DNA of 32,000 bases from Vibrio vulnificus CMCP6 (GCF_000039765.1 NC_004459.3:2361127-2393126), one strand, 5' to 3'. Positions 7,580 to 17,110 are shown, counted from the stretch's first letter. The notes: generated from the sequence alone by a model not told the origin. Program-made: numbers and translations.

Positions 7580-10432
7580 TTACTGGTTTTGTTCGATCAT
7601 TTGATTGAAGTAATCCACTTGTTCTGCCATTGAAAGGCTTTCAGTATTGGAACCTAAGGTCCAGATAAAGAAGCCGCCATAGCCATTCTGTTTTTGCCAA
7701 CGTGCACGCTCAATGTTGTTTGCGCGGGTTTCCACAAAGCGCCCGTTTGGTCCCCATTGGCTGTTGATGGTCGCCCCAAGGATGATTTTCGACGGATCGC
7801 CTACGTGCTCGGCATAGTTGGCCATTGCCACGTCATATCGGAAGTTTTCCCCCGCGTCATAGGCCATCACATTGAAGAAATCGATGCTCTGTTTGGTGTT
7901 TTGCAACAAAGAGATCACTTCACCGTGATGAATAGAGCGTGCAGGTTCAATAAATGAGCAGTTCTCAAACACCGCTGGGTTTGAACACGCTTCTGGATCC
8001 GCACCGACGTGATAGGTGGTCAGTGAGAGCAGCTTGCTGTCGCCCACTTGAGCACGAATACGTTGAATCAGGTCTTCCAAATTGCGATTCGATTGTTCGG
8101 TCAAACGCGCGGTCGTCTCGTAGTCGAAGTCGATACCATCAATAGAAACGTAACCTGCCAGCTGATACTTGCTGTAGTCACATTGGCCGCTCCAATCGGT
8201 CGCCAAACACTCGCCAACCATCTCTTCCGGTTTCAAATTGCGTTTGTAAACTGGGTAAGGTTGGTTCATCAGTTTCACCAAACTGTTGGCGATATTCTGA
8301 CGGCCTTGCTCGGTCGCCATGTCGTTCCACATGCTTTCGTAGGTCGCGCCGCCAAAGGCCACCATCATCGCTTTGCGCGGTTGGGCATGTTTGAGTTCCG
8401 TCCACGATTGATACGTTGGTGACATCCAATCGGAGTTGTAGCTTGGGGTCAGCATGTCGTCACTGATTTGGATATTGCCGGCGCTGTCCCACTTACCAAA
8501 GGAGAGGAAGTAAGCATCACCCTGAGAGCGTTGAAGCTCTTCGATGTTGGTCAAACCCCAAGAGGTAAGATAGGTGATGCTGCGATCTGGGTTGTCACGC
8601 AAGCCAGTATCGGGCTTGGCTTCTTTGACTTCGATGTGCGAAACCACCGAAGTTTGCTCGTTGCCTTTGGAATCCGTCGCGATTGCATAAAGCTGATGTT
8701 GGCCAAGCTGTGCCCCTAACCACTCATGTTGGTATGGGCTTTGTGTTACCGTCGCAATCAGCAGGTCATCGGCGTAGAAACGCACTTGCGTGACTTCTCC
8801 GACAAAACTCGACGCATCTGCGGTCAACGTGATCGCACGGCCTTGAGTAAAGACCGAACCGTCGCTTGGTGAGGTGAGCCCCACAACCAGTGTTTTATCC
8901 GTGATTGCCAAGGTAATTGGTGATGTTTCGCTGCTCGCGCCTTTGTCGTCATAGGCCATCGCCGTCAATTGGTACAAGCCCTCAGCTTGCCCCGCGATTG
9001 TGAGGCGATAAGTGTCGACACCTTGTTGCCCGTCAGCGGTTGCCACCACTTTTCCATTAAGTAGCACGTCGACTTTTTCGATATCACCGTCTTGGTCAGT
9101 CGCGGTTAACATGACATCGAATGGTTGGTTCGGTGTGAGGCGATCGCCATGCGATGGTGAAAGCAGATCGACTTCTGGCGCGTAATTAGGGTCACATTGA
9201 CCGACTTGATCCCAGGCATCTTTCCAAGCGTCCGGGTAGCTCGGGTGTCCGGTTCCAGGTGCCCATACAGGGTTGCCACACCAACCAAACACTTTACAAG
9301 AGAAAATCTCGCCGACATTGGTGACTTGATCGCCCACTTGGTAATTGACGCCATCTTGATAGCGAGGCACATCGCCACAACTGTTATTGGACTCGGTCAC
9401 CGAGATGTTAACTTGCGCTACGCTTTGTAGCTTTTGTTCATCAACCGCGGTGGCCGACAGCGTCACGCTACCAGCATGGTCAGGCTGCCATTCACATTCG
9501 AAAGGCGTGCTTTCGGCAGGTTCAAATTGGCAAATCTCTACGCCATTGGCATCCAAGGTGACGCTCTTTAAATCGTCATCGGCGTCAAAGGCTTCAACCG
9601 CAATGGCAATACGTTCTGTTTTCTTAAAGCTTTGACCACTTTGTGGTGTCAGGAAGCGCACTTCTGGCGCACTGTACTGGTGATCCGGAATGACGGAAAC
9701 AGACACGCTTTGTGATTCCAACTGTTTACCTGCATGGTCAAATGCCAGCGCGGTGACAGTCTGAATTCCTGTGGTGTTAGGTGTCCAGCTTTGCTGATAT
9801 TCCAGCGTGTTTTGGTCCACTTTTTGCTCGCCAAGTCGACGATTTTCGGCCCAAAATTCCACTTTGTCTGCCGGACCAGAAAGAGAAATGGAGATAGAAG
9901 TCGGCTCTGATACGGTTAGTGTGGCACCTTCAACAGGTGCAAGAATGGTGAGTTCAACTTCAGGGTCCACTGGAGGAAGAGTGCCCCCGTCGCCATTGAA
10001 CTTAATGCTCTGTTCAAATTGGGCCAAATCGTTCAGTTGCCCGTTGTAACCTATGGTCAACTGAAACGATTGATTGGCTTGCAAAGTGGTTTTGACCCAA
10101 TCCCCCTGAGGAAATTGAAACGTCACGATATGCCTTACACCACCTTGGATGGGTTGATGAGTGATGGCGCTGCTTGGGTAAGAAAGGTGCTCTGACGCCC
10201 ATTGAACATCGTTGACCGCACTTGGCAAAACAAACTCGATGTTCGATTCACGCATGTCAATTTGGCTATCACCGGCGTTGCTCACTTGCACACGATAAGT
10301 GCTCCACCATTGGCTTTCTGAAGGCGCTTGCACGCCGATTTGCACCGTTTCTGCCAATGCCGCAGAGATTGGATTCAATGCGAACCCAACCGTGAGCATC
10401 AAGCTGGCGAGTGTTGTGGTTTTTCTGTACAT
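7580..10432 (-). CDS. Secreted multidomain glycoside hydrolase family 18 chitinase (N-terminal CBM-like domain, four Ig-like repeats, CBM5/12-like module, C-terminal GH18)
   Basis: Signal peptide ending ALA-ET. The GH18 catalytic motif DGIDFDYE (DxxDxDxE) is encoded at 8117-8140, with an FGGA motif upstream. There are four similar ~90-aa segments (L(T/S)P..G..., D.DGD..KV). The aromatic-rich YQDGVNYQVGDQV...WC segment resembles a chitin-binding CBM5/12. Confidence 0.88.
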   Translation of the reverse strand: MYRKTTTLASLMLTVGFALNPISAALAETVQIGVQAPSESQWWSTYRVQVSNAGDSQIDMRESNIEFVLPSAVNDVQWASEHLSYPSSAITHQPIQGGVRHIVTFQFPQGDWVKTTLQANQSFQLTIGYNGQLNDLAQFEQSIKFNGDGGTLPPVDPEVELTILAPVEGATLTVSEPTSISISLSGPADKVEFWAENRRLGEQKVDQNTLEYQQSWTPNTTGIQTVTALAFDHAGKQLESQSVSVSVIPDHQYSAPEVRFLTPQSGQSFKKTERIAIAVEAFDADDDLKSVTLDANGVEICQFEPAESTPFECEWQPDHAGSVTLSATAVDEQKLQSVAQVNISVTESNNSCGDVPRYQDGVNYQVGDQVTNVGEIFSCKVFGWCGNPVWAPGTGHPSYPDAWKDAWDQVGQCDPNYAPEVDLLSPSHGDRLTPNQPFDVMLTATDQDGDIEKVDVLLNGKVVATADGQQGVDTYRLTIAGQAEGLYQLTAMAYDDKGASSETSPITLAITDKTLVVGLTSPSDGSVFTQGRAITLTADASSFVGEVTQVRFYADDLLIATVTQSPYQHEWLGAQLGQHQLYAIATDSKGNEQTSVVSHIEVKEAKPDTGLRDNPDRSITYLTSWGLTNIEELQRSQGDAYFLSFGKWDSAGNIQISDDMLTPSYNSDWMSPTYQSWTELKHAQPRKAMMVAFGGATYESMWNDMATEQGRQNIANSLVKLMNQPYPVYKRNLKPEEMVGECLATDWSGQCDYSKYQLAGYVSIDGIDFDYETTARLTEQSNRNLEDLIQRIRAQVGDSKLLSLTTYHVGADPEACSNPAVFENCSFIEPARSIHHGEVISLLQNTKQSIDFFNVMAYDAGENFRYDVAMANYAEHVGDPSKIILGATINSQWGPNGRFVETRANNIERARWQKQNGYGGFFIWTLGSNTESLSMAEQVDYFNQMIEQNQ

Positions 10433-10723
10433 GGTTTTTCCCTATTGTTTCACTTTCCAATGAGCTTGGTTTCGAAGGAAATAGTACTTCGAGATAAAAC
10501 AATTTGATTGAAGGAAAATTCTTACAAATTAGTGGTTTGGCTTGTAAATTGACAACGAATTTGCAAATTCTGGTGGAATGTCACAATTGCATCTTATGCT
10601 CAGATAGAGACAAGAAAGGTCCGTTTTCTATTGGTGTTTATCGAAGTTGTTGATGTTATTGATTTGATAAATTAATAAAGCGAAAGGAGGCGAGATGCGC
10701 ACTTCGCGCGGCCAGCCTCGGTG

Positions 10724-10732
10724 TGATACAAT
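10724..10732 (+). promoter_or_regulatory. Candidate extended -10 promoter element for hrpA
   Basis: TGaTACAAT matches the TGnTATAAT extended -10 pattern about 40 nt upstream of the hrpA TTG start. There is no good -35. Pattern match only. Confidence 0.3.
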
Positions 10733-10770
10733 CCGCGCAGTTTTATCCCATGAAATGAATAGGAAATGCT

Positions 10771-13700
10771 TTGACTTCGTCACAGCCAAATACAGAATCC
10801 CATGCTTCTGAGCAAAAGGCTCAAGCAAACAGCGCCGCGTCATTACGCAAGGCGCTCAGTCAGTGTTTGATCAAAGATCGCTTTCGCCTGAGTAAGCGCA
10901 TTGCAGGTGCCAGTAAAATTAATAAAGAATCGGCACGCAACGCGGTGTTTGATGAGATCGCACTGGACATCGCCAAATCCATGATGGAAGTGGAACAGCG
11001 CAGCCGCTATCAACCGAAAATTGAGTACCCAGAAATCCTGCCTGTTAGTCAGAAGAAAGATGACATTGCAGACGCCATTGCTCATCACCAAGTGGTGATT
11101 GTGGCGGGTGAAACGGGCTCAGGTAAAACCACGCAGCTACCAAAAATCTGCGCCGAATTAGGCCGTGGTAAGTTTGGTTTGATTGGCCATACTCAGCCAC
11201 GCCGCTTAGCGGCACGCTCGGTGGCCAATCGCATTGCCGAAGAGATGGAAACGCAACTGGGGGATTTCGTCGGTTACAAAGTTCGATTTAACGATCAAAT
11301 CTCCGAAAATACCCAAATTAAATTGATGACAGACGGTATCTTGCTGGCCGAGATCCAACACGACCGTTTCCTTAATCAATATGACACCATCATCATCGAT
11401 GAAGCGCACGAGCGCAGCCTGAATATCGATTTTATCTTGGGTTATTTGAAAGAGTTGCTGCCACGTCGTCCTGATCTGAAAGTCATCATCACGTCGGCAA
11501 CCATTGACCCAGAGCGATTCTCCAACCACTTTGGCGGCGCGCCGATCATTGAAGTGTCGGGACGGACTTATCCTGTGGAAACGCGCTACCGTCCGTTAGG
11601 TGGCGAAACCGAAGACGATCGTGACCAACTTGAAGGCATCTTTGACGCGGTTGACGAGCTGTGCGACGAAGGCTTGGGCGACATTCTTATCTTCATGAAT
11701 GGTGAGCGTGAAATTCGCGATACCGCAGATGCGCTGGCCAAACGTAAGCTCAAAGATACTGAGATTGTGCCGCTTTACGCGCGTCTTTCTGCGGGCGAGC
11801 AAAATAAAATCTTCCAGCCGCATACTGGCCGCCGCATTGTCTTAGCGACCAACGTTGCTGAAACCTCGTTAACCGTGCCGGGCATCAAGTACGTGATTGA
11901 CCCTGGTACCGCGCGTATTAGCCGTTACAGCTATCGCACCAAAGTACAGCGACTGCCCATTGAGCCGGTTTCTCAAGCCAGTGCCAACCAGCGAAAAGGT
12001 CGTTGTGGTCGTGTGCAAGAAGGTATCTGTATTCGTCTCTACTCTGAGGACGATTTCAATTCGCGTCCTGAGTTTACCGATCCTGAAATTCTGCGCACCA
12101 ACTTAGCGTCGGTTATCTTACAGATGACCGCGTTGGGCCTTGGCGATATTGAAGCATTCCCATTTGTTGAAGCGCCAGATAAACGCAATATTCTTGATGG
12201 TGTACGCTTGCTTGAAGAGTTGGGTGCCATCAACAGCAACGCCAAAGATCCGAAAAAACGCCTCACCGCGGTGGGCAAGCAGTTGGCTCGTTTGCCAATT
12301 GACCCTCGCTTAGCGCGCATGGTGTTGGAAGCGCCAAGATTTGGTTGTTTGAAAGAAGTCATGATCATTGCAGCGGCCTTGTCGATTCAAGACCCGCGTG
12401 AGCGACCTTCAGACAAACAGCAATCGGCAGATGATAAGCATCGTCGCTTCTACCATGAAGATTCTGATTTCCTCACCTTTGTGAATTTGTGGAATCACAT
12501 TCAGAAGCAACAAAAAGCCTTGTCGGGCAACCAGTTCCGTCGTCAGTGCAAAGACGATTACCTCAACTACTTGCGTGTGCGTGAGTGGCAAGATGTTTAC
12601 TTCCAAATCCATCAATCGATGCGTGAGATGGAGTTCAAGCTCAATAGTGAACCCGGTTCTTACGATGCGGTGCACAGCGCGATTTTGACTGGCCTGTTAT
12701 CGCATATTGGGATGAAAGATCAGGAGAAAAATGAGTATCACGGCGCACGCAATGCCCGTTTCCATATTTTCCCTGGCTCTGGTCTGTTTAAGAAACAGCC
12801 AAAGTGGGTGATGTCGGCAGAGCTGGTCGAAACCTCGAAACTGTGGGGCCGAATTATTGCCAAGATTCAACCAGAATGGATTGAACCACTGGCGAAGCAT
12901 TTGATTAAGCGTAGCCACAGCGAACCGCATTGGTCGAAGAAGCAAGCGGCCGTGATGGCGTACGAAAAAGTGATGCTCTATGGCATTCCGATTGTGCCTA
13001 AGCGCTTGGTGAATTATGGCAATATCGATGCGTCAGTGAGCCGTGAGATCTTCATTCGCAGTGCGCTGGTGGAAGGGGATTGGGAAACCAAACACGCGTT
13101 CTTCAAACAAAACCGTAAATTGCTGCTCGAAGTGGAAGAGCTGGAGCACAAATCTCGTCGTCGCGATATTTTGGTCGACGACGAAGAGCTGTTCCAATTT
13201 TACGATCAACGCGTCGGTACGGAAGTGGTCTCTGGACGCCATTTCGACACCTGGTGGAAGCAAGCATCGAAGAAAGAGCCTGAGCTGCTGAACTTTGAAA
13301 AAGAGATGCTGTTCAAAGGCGATGCAAGCCACGTGACGGATTTGGATTACCCGAATTTCTGGCATCAGAATGGCTTGAAACTCAAGTTGAGCTACCAGTT
13401 TGAGCCGGGTGACGACAGCGACGGCGTCACGGTGCACATTCCATTGCCGATTTTGAACCAAATTGATCCGGCGGGCTTCGATTGGCAAATCCCGGGCTTG
13501 CGTCATGAATTGGTGGTGAGCTTGATTAAGTCGCTACCGAAGACGCTGCGCAAAAACTTTGTGCCTGCGCCAAATTATGCCGATGCATTCCTATCTCGCG
13601 TTACTGCAATGGAAATGCCGTTGCTCGATGCTTTAGAGAAAGAGCTACGCCGCATGACCGGGGCGACGGTGCTGCGTGAAGATTGGAAACTGGATCAAGT

Positions 13701-14703
13701 TCCTGACCATCTGAAAGTGACTTTCCGTGCGGTTGATGAAAGAAATCGTAAACTGAAAGAGCACAAAGATCTTCATGAGTTAAAAGAAAGCCTAAAAGAG
13801 AAGGTGCAAGAAACCTTATCGAAAGTGGCGGATGACGACATCGAGCAACAAGGCTTACATACATGGAGCTTTGGCGAGTTGCCACAGGTATATCAGCAGA
13901 AACGTGGCGGTTATCAGGTTAAGGCGTTCCCTGCGCTGGTTGACAACAAAGACAGCGTAGAAATCAAGCTCTACGAAACCGAGCAAGAGCAGATCAGTGC
14001 AATGAAAGCCGGTCAACGCCGTTTGATCTTGTTGAATGTGCCATCGCCGATTAAGTATCTGCATGCGAACTTGCCGAACAAATCGAAGCTGGGCCTGTAC
14101 TTTAACCCGTATGGCAAAGTGCTTGATTTGATCGACGACTGCATTGCTTGTGGCGTTGACAAGCTGATTGAAGAGCAGGGCGGCTTAGTTTGGGAGCCAG
14201 AAAAATTTGAAGCGTTGAAGGAACACGTGCGCGCAGAATTGGGCGACACGGTGGTGGATATCGCCAAGCAAGTGGAAACGATTTTGACCACGGCCTTCAA
14301 CATCAACAAAAAGCTCAAAGGTAAGATTGATTTCACCATGGCATTTGCTCTGTCGGACATCAAAGCGCAAATCGAAGGTCTGATCTTCAAAGGCTTTGCC
14401 ACGGAATGTGGTTGGAAACGACTGCCAGACATCTTGCGTTACATGAAAGCGATTGAGCGTCGAATGGAAAAACTGCCTATCGACCCGAACAAAGATCGCT
14501 TACATATGTTGAAGATTGAGTCGGTAGTCAAAGACTACAAAGAGCTATTGAACAAGATTCCGAAAGGATTAGCGGTACCGGAAAATGTGAAAGAGATTCG
14601 TTGGATGATCGAGGAGCTGCGAGTCAGTTTCTTCGCTCAGCAGCTCGGAACACCTTATCCGGTCTCCGATAAACGAGTAAAAAACGCTATAGAAGCTTGC
14701 TAA
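10771..14703 (+). CDS. hrpA: ATP-dependent RNA helicase HrpA (DEAH-box)
   Basis: 1310 aa with Walker A GETGSGKTT, DEAH box (IIDEAHERS, GAT at 11398), and the SAT and QRKGRCGR motifs. It is collinear with E. coli HrpA in size and motif order. TTG at 10771 is the only start codon after the in-frame TGA at 10756, and AGGAAA lies 4 nt upstream. Confidence 0.95.
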   Translation: MTSSQPNTESHASEQKAQANSAASLRKALSQCLIKDRFRLSKRIAGASKINKESARNAVFDEIALDIAKSMMEVEQRSRYQPKIEYPEILPVSQKKDDIADAIAHHQVVIVAGETGSGKTTQLPKICAELGRGKFGLIGHTQPRRLAARSVANRIAEEMETQLGDFVGYKVRFNDQISENTQIKLMTDGILLAEIQHDRFLNQYDTIIIDEAHERSLNIDFILGYLKELLPRRPDLKVIITSATIDPERFSNHFGGAPIIEVSGRTYPVETRYRPLGGETEDDRDQLEGIFDAVDELCDEGLGDILIFMNGEREIRDTADALAKRKLKDTEIVPLYARLSAGEQNKIFQPHTGRRIVLATNVAETSLTVPGIKYVIDPGTARISRYSYRTKVQRLPIEPVSQASANQRKGRCGRVQEGICIRLYSEDDFNSRPEFTDPEILRTNLASVILQMTALGLGDIEAFPFVEAPDKRNILDGVRLLEELGAINSNAKDPKKRLTAVGKQLARLPIDPRLARMVLEAPRFGCLKEVMIIAAALSIQDPRERPSDKQQSADDKHRRFYHEDSDFLTFVNLWNHIQKQQKALSGNQFRRQCKDDYLNYLRVREWQDVYFQIHQSMREMEFKLNSEPGSYDAVHSAILTGLLSHIGMKDQEKNEYHGARNARFHIFPGSGLFKKQPKWVMSAELVETSKLWGRIIAKIQPEWIEPLAKHLIKRSHSEPHWSKKQAAVMAYEKVMLYGIPIVPKRLVNYGNIDASVSREIFIRSALVEGDWETKHAFFKQNRKLLLEVEELEHKSRRRDILVDDEELFQFYDQRVGTEVVSGRHFDTWWKQASKKEPELLNFEKEMLFKGDASHVTDLDYPNFWHQNGLKLKLSYQFEPGDDSDGVTVHIPLPILNQIDPAGFDWQIPGLRHELVVSLIKSLPKTLRKNFVPAPNYADAFLSRVTAMEMPLLDALEKELRRMTGATVLREDWKLDQVPDHLKVTFRAVDERNRKLKEHKDLHELKESLKEKVQETLSKVADDDIEQQGLHTWSFGELPQVYQQKRGGYQVKAFPALVDNKDSVEIKLYETEQEQISAMKAGQRRLILLNVPSPIKYLHANLPNKSKLGLYFNPYGKVLDLIDDCIACGVDKLIEEQGGLVWEPEKFEALKEHVRAELGDTVVDIAKQVETILTTAFNINKKLKGKIDFTMAFALSDIKAQIEGLIFKGFATECGWKRLPDILRYMKAIERRMEKLPIDPNKDRLHMLKIESVVKDYKELLNKIPKGLAVPENVKEIRWMIEELRVSFFAQQLGTPYPVSDKRVKNAIEAC

Positions 14704-14765
14704 TACGTTGTTTACTGTAGGCATATAATTTGCATACGCTATAATAACGGATATTGATATGTCGG

Positions 14766-14791
14766 TCAGGTGGCAAAACCATGCCACCTGA
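14766..14791 (+). other. Perfect 10-bp stem-loop between hrpA and the OMP gene (weak terminator or 5'-leader structure)
   Basis: TCAGGTGGCA / TGCCACCTGA with a 6-nt loop and no following U-tract. It lies 63 nt after the hrpA stop and 33 nt before the OMP ATG. Two perfect TATAAT hexamers (14724-14729, 14740-14745) lie just upstream. Confidence 0.5.
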
Positions 14792-14823
14792 ATGACTGAC
14801 TAGTAAACAAGAGAAGGTTAACA

Positions 14824-15321
14824 ATGAAAAAGACTCTTTTAGCACTAGCGCTTATCGGCGCGTCATCAACTGCGATGGCAGATTCATGGATTTACGGCGG
14901 TGCGAGTGTAGGTCAGTCTGACTACAAAGGCGAAAGCGACACGTCTTACTCACTGCATGTAGGTACAGGTATTCTACCTATCATCGGTATTGAAGGTGGT
15001 ATCACTCAACACGGTACATTTGGTATTGATTACTCAGGCACTAAGCGTGACACCAAGTTGAGCTCTTACTACGCGGCGCTAAAACCAAGCATCGATTTTG
15101 GCCCACTGCACATTTGGGCAAAAGGTGGTCTGCACTCATGGGACAAAGAAGTGACTGGTCTTTCTTCTTCCAATGATGACGGCGTAGATATCATGTACGG
15201 TGTGGGCGCTGAATACTTTATCTTTGGTCCACTTTCTGTCGGCGCAAGCTACATGAACTACACCATGGACAAAGATGACGTGGGTACTTTCTCACTGAAC
15301 GCGACGCTACACTTCCTATAA
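14824..15321 (+). CDS. Small outer-membrane beta-barrel protein (OmpX/OmpA-N-like, OMP_b-brl type)
   Basis: Signal peptide MKKTLLALALIGASSTAMA, alternating hydrophobic beta-strand pattern, Gly/Tyr-rich sequence, C-terminal ...ATLHFL. SD GAGAAGG lies upstream. Confidence 0.8.
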   Translation: MKKTLLALALIGASSTAMADSWIYGGASVGQSDYKGESDTSYSLHVGTGILPIIGIEGGITQHGTFGIDYSGTKRDTKLSSYYAALKPSIDFGPLHIWAKGGLHSWDKEVTGLSSSNDDGVDIMYGVGAEYFIFGPLSVGASYMNYTMDKDDVGTFSLNATLHFL

Positions 15322-15341
15322 GCTGACGCGAAATTGTTCCT

Positions 15342-15374
15342 ATAAACCGCTACCTTGTTAGCGGTTTATTTTTA
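15342..15374 (+). terminator. Rho-independent terminator of the OMP gene, overlapping the 3' end of the convergent ORF
   Basis: 11-bp stem ATAAACCGCTA / TAGCGGTTTAT with a 6-nt loop, followed by TTTTAT. The right arm also encodes the last codons and stop (15358-15360) of the minus-strand 150-aa ORF. Confidence 0.8.
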
Positions 15375-15810
15375 TCCCCACTTTCTCAAAACGTGCTTCC
15401 ACCGACGGTTGTTCTTGGTGATACCACTCCCTAGGCATGGCGTTTTCTAGCCCCGCTTCTTTCAGACTTGCTTGTTCATCTTTGGTGATCACCGCGTAGT
15501 GCAGCCATTGCTCAAACAGCGATGTCAGTGATAGCAAAGAGATCTGCTCATGGTCTTTCCAGTAGGCTTTCAGCAAACCGACGATGCTCTGCTCAGGCAC
15601 GAGTGGCTCAATGACACATTGCTTGGTGGTGATAACCGAAGACGAACGAGGCAACTTTTCTCTTGCTAAGAGCCAATCAGGCTTGCCTTGACGCGTGAGC
15701 AACTGGTGCTGATAGCAATAATAAGGGAAAAGGAAGCGCTCGATGGCGTGCCAACGTTCAGCTTTCACTTCTAACAAGATGTGCTGCAGTTCTAGATGGG
15801 TGTCGTACAT
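15358..15810 (-). CDS. Hypothetical cytoplasmic protein (150 aa), no domain recognised
   Basis: Clean 150-codon ORF filling the gap between flanking genes, with no signal peptide and a Trp/His/Gln-rich composition. There is no convincing SD before ATG 15810, which lowers confidence. Confidence 0.55.
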   Translation of the reverse strand: MYDTHLELQHILLEVKAERWHAIERFLFPYYCYQHQLLTRQGKPDWLLAREKLPRSSSVITTKQCVIEPLVPEQSIVGLLKAYWKDHEQISLLSLTSLFEQWLHYAVITKDEQASLKEAGLENAMPREWYHQEQPSVEARFEKVGIKINR

Positions 15811-16023
15811 AAATGCGATGTGGCTTTACAGTAAACTCGAATCGGATGGGCTTATTGTAACGCAGTTCTGCGTGAAAGCGTGGTTTGGCGGAGTAAGCAA
15901 GTGAATCAATTCGCGTTATTCTGGTTGGCTTATGAGGCCATAAAATATCAGAATCGGGATTGTCTTGATATCAAAAGGGTTTTCTATAATCATCTTTTTA
16001 TAAAGCTAACTAGATGAAAAACA

Positions 16024-16422
16024 ATGAAAATAACACATACCATTTACATCCATTCTGCATTTTTAACCTTTATTGTAGTGGTCATGCTTTTTTCTTCGGT
16101 GGTTTGGGCAAACGACACTTGGTCTGATCCTATGGAGGAGAGCATGCTTAATAAGTACATCATGGGGCGTGTCTTTGTAGAGCAATATCCGCAGCAAGAG
16201 ACAATGCGTTGCCATTCTTGCCTAGAACAAAGTGTGATTGAGTTTGATACCCAAACCCGCACGGCACTTTACTCCCATCCCGGTGGGGAAGAAGGCTACA
16301 CCAGCATCTATAAATACGAAGATCACACCATTCGTCTCAACGGCTTATTGCTGCACATCAAGTTACAAGAAGACAGAGTTGCATTAGAGACCGAGAGTGG
16401 CGTAGTGTTTCTCTCCAATTAG
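16024..16422 (+). CDS. Hypothetical exported small protein (132 aa)
   Basis: N-terminal hydrophobic segment AFLTFIVVVMLFSSVVWA-ND resembles a signal peptide. It has two Cys residues in a CHSC motif. The 5' end is AT-rich, no SD is evident and no domain is recognised. Confidence 0.5.
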   Translation: MKITHTIYIHSAFLTFIVVVMLFSSVVWANDTWSDPMEESMLNKYIMGRVFVEQYPQQETMRCHSCLEQSVIEFDTQTRTALYSHPGGEEGYTSIYKYEDHTIRLNGLLLHIKLQEDRVALETESGVVFLSN

Positions 16423-16465
16423 AACTTTGGCGTCAAAAGCTGGTTTTGCCATTCATGGAGGGAAG

Positions 16466-16927
16466 ATGGCGGAGTACAAAGCGAAAATAGTGTGGCAGCG
16501 TCAGGCGAGCGAAGTGTTCTCAGACAATCAATACAGCCGAGGTCACATGTGGGAATTTGATGGTGGTGTGCAGGTACCTGCATCGGCATCGCCACATGTG
16601 GTGCCACTGCCGCTTTCTGTGGCGGAAAATGTGGATCCTGAAGAAGCGTTTGTTGCTGCTCTTGCAAGCTGTCACATGCTAACGTTCCTCGGTATCGCAG
16701 CGAAACAGCGCTACGTGATTGACGAATACATCGACGACGCTGTTGGAATCATGGAAGAGAATGAGCAGGGCAGAATGTGGGTGGCCAAAGTGGTTTTGCG
16801 ACCGACCATCCGTTTTTCCGGTGACAAGCAGCCTGATCGACACGCTTTGGAAAAACTGCATCATTTAGCACACCAGCACTGCTTTATTGCGAACTCCGTG
16901 AAGAGTGAAGTGGTTACCGAAATTTAG
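16466..16927 (+). CDS. OsmC/Ohr-family protein (putative thiol peroxidase/redox protein)
   Basis: Start ATG 16466 (MAEYKAKIVW) with SD GGAGGGAAG. The family-typical conserved Cys contexts are ALASCHMLTF and HQHCFIANS. The track start at 16427 is not supported. Confidence 0.8.
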   Translation: MAEYKAKIVWQRQASEVFSDNQYSRGHMWEFDGGVQVPASASPHVVPLPLSVAENVDPEEAFVAALASCHMLTFLGIAAKQRYVIDEYIDDAVGIMEENEQGRMWVAKVVLRPTIRFSGDKQPDRHALEKLHHLAHQHCFIANSVKSEVVTEI

Positions 16928-17110
16928 TAAAAGCTAATAAAAACAAAACCTTACTTTATGCGGTATCGTGCAATGTTCACCATTCTTGTTGAACTGCAAG
17001 ATATGCTCACGAATGTTAAATTAATGTTACTCATTAATGCCGCTTTCGCTGAATTTCCCTTCTACTTTTAATTAGCTCCTCAGAGGTCCGATTAGTAGAA
17101 GGAAAATAAC

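Noticed and set aside
10628-10843. 71-aa minus-strand ORF spanning the chitinase-hrpA spacer
   Set aside because: It overlaps the hrpA start region antisense, runs through AT-rich promoter DNA and has no SD or motif.
13033-14432. 157-aa and 139-aa minus-strand ORFs inside hrpA
   Set aside because: They are antisense to a 1310-aa helicase gene with all conserved motifs in order, and they have no independent support.
17020-17038. 7-bp inverted repeat ATTAATG-N5-CATTAAT about 75 nt upstream of lipA, considered as an operator
   Set aside because: It is short and AT-rich within AT-rich DNA, so chance occurrence is likely. I recognise no matching regulator motif.
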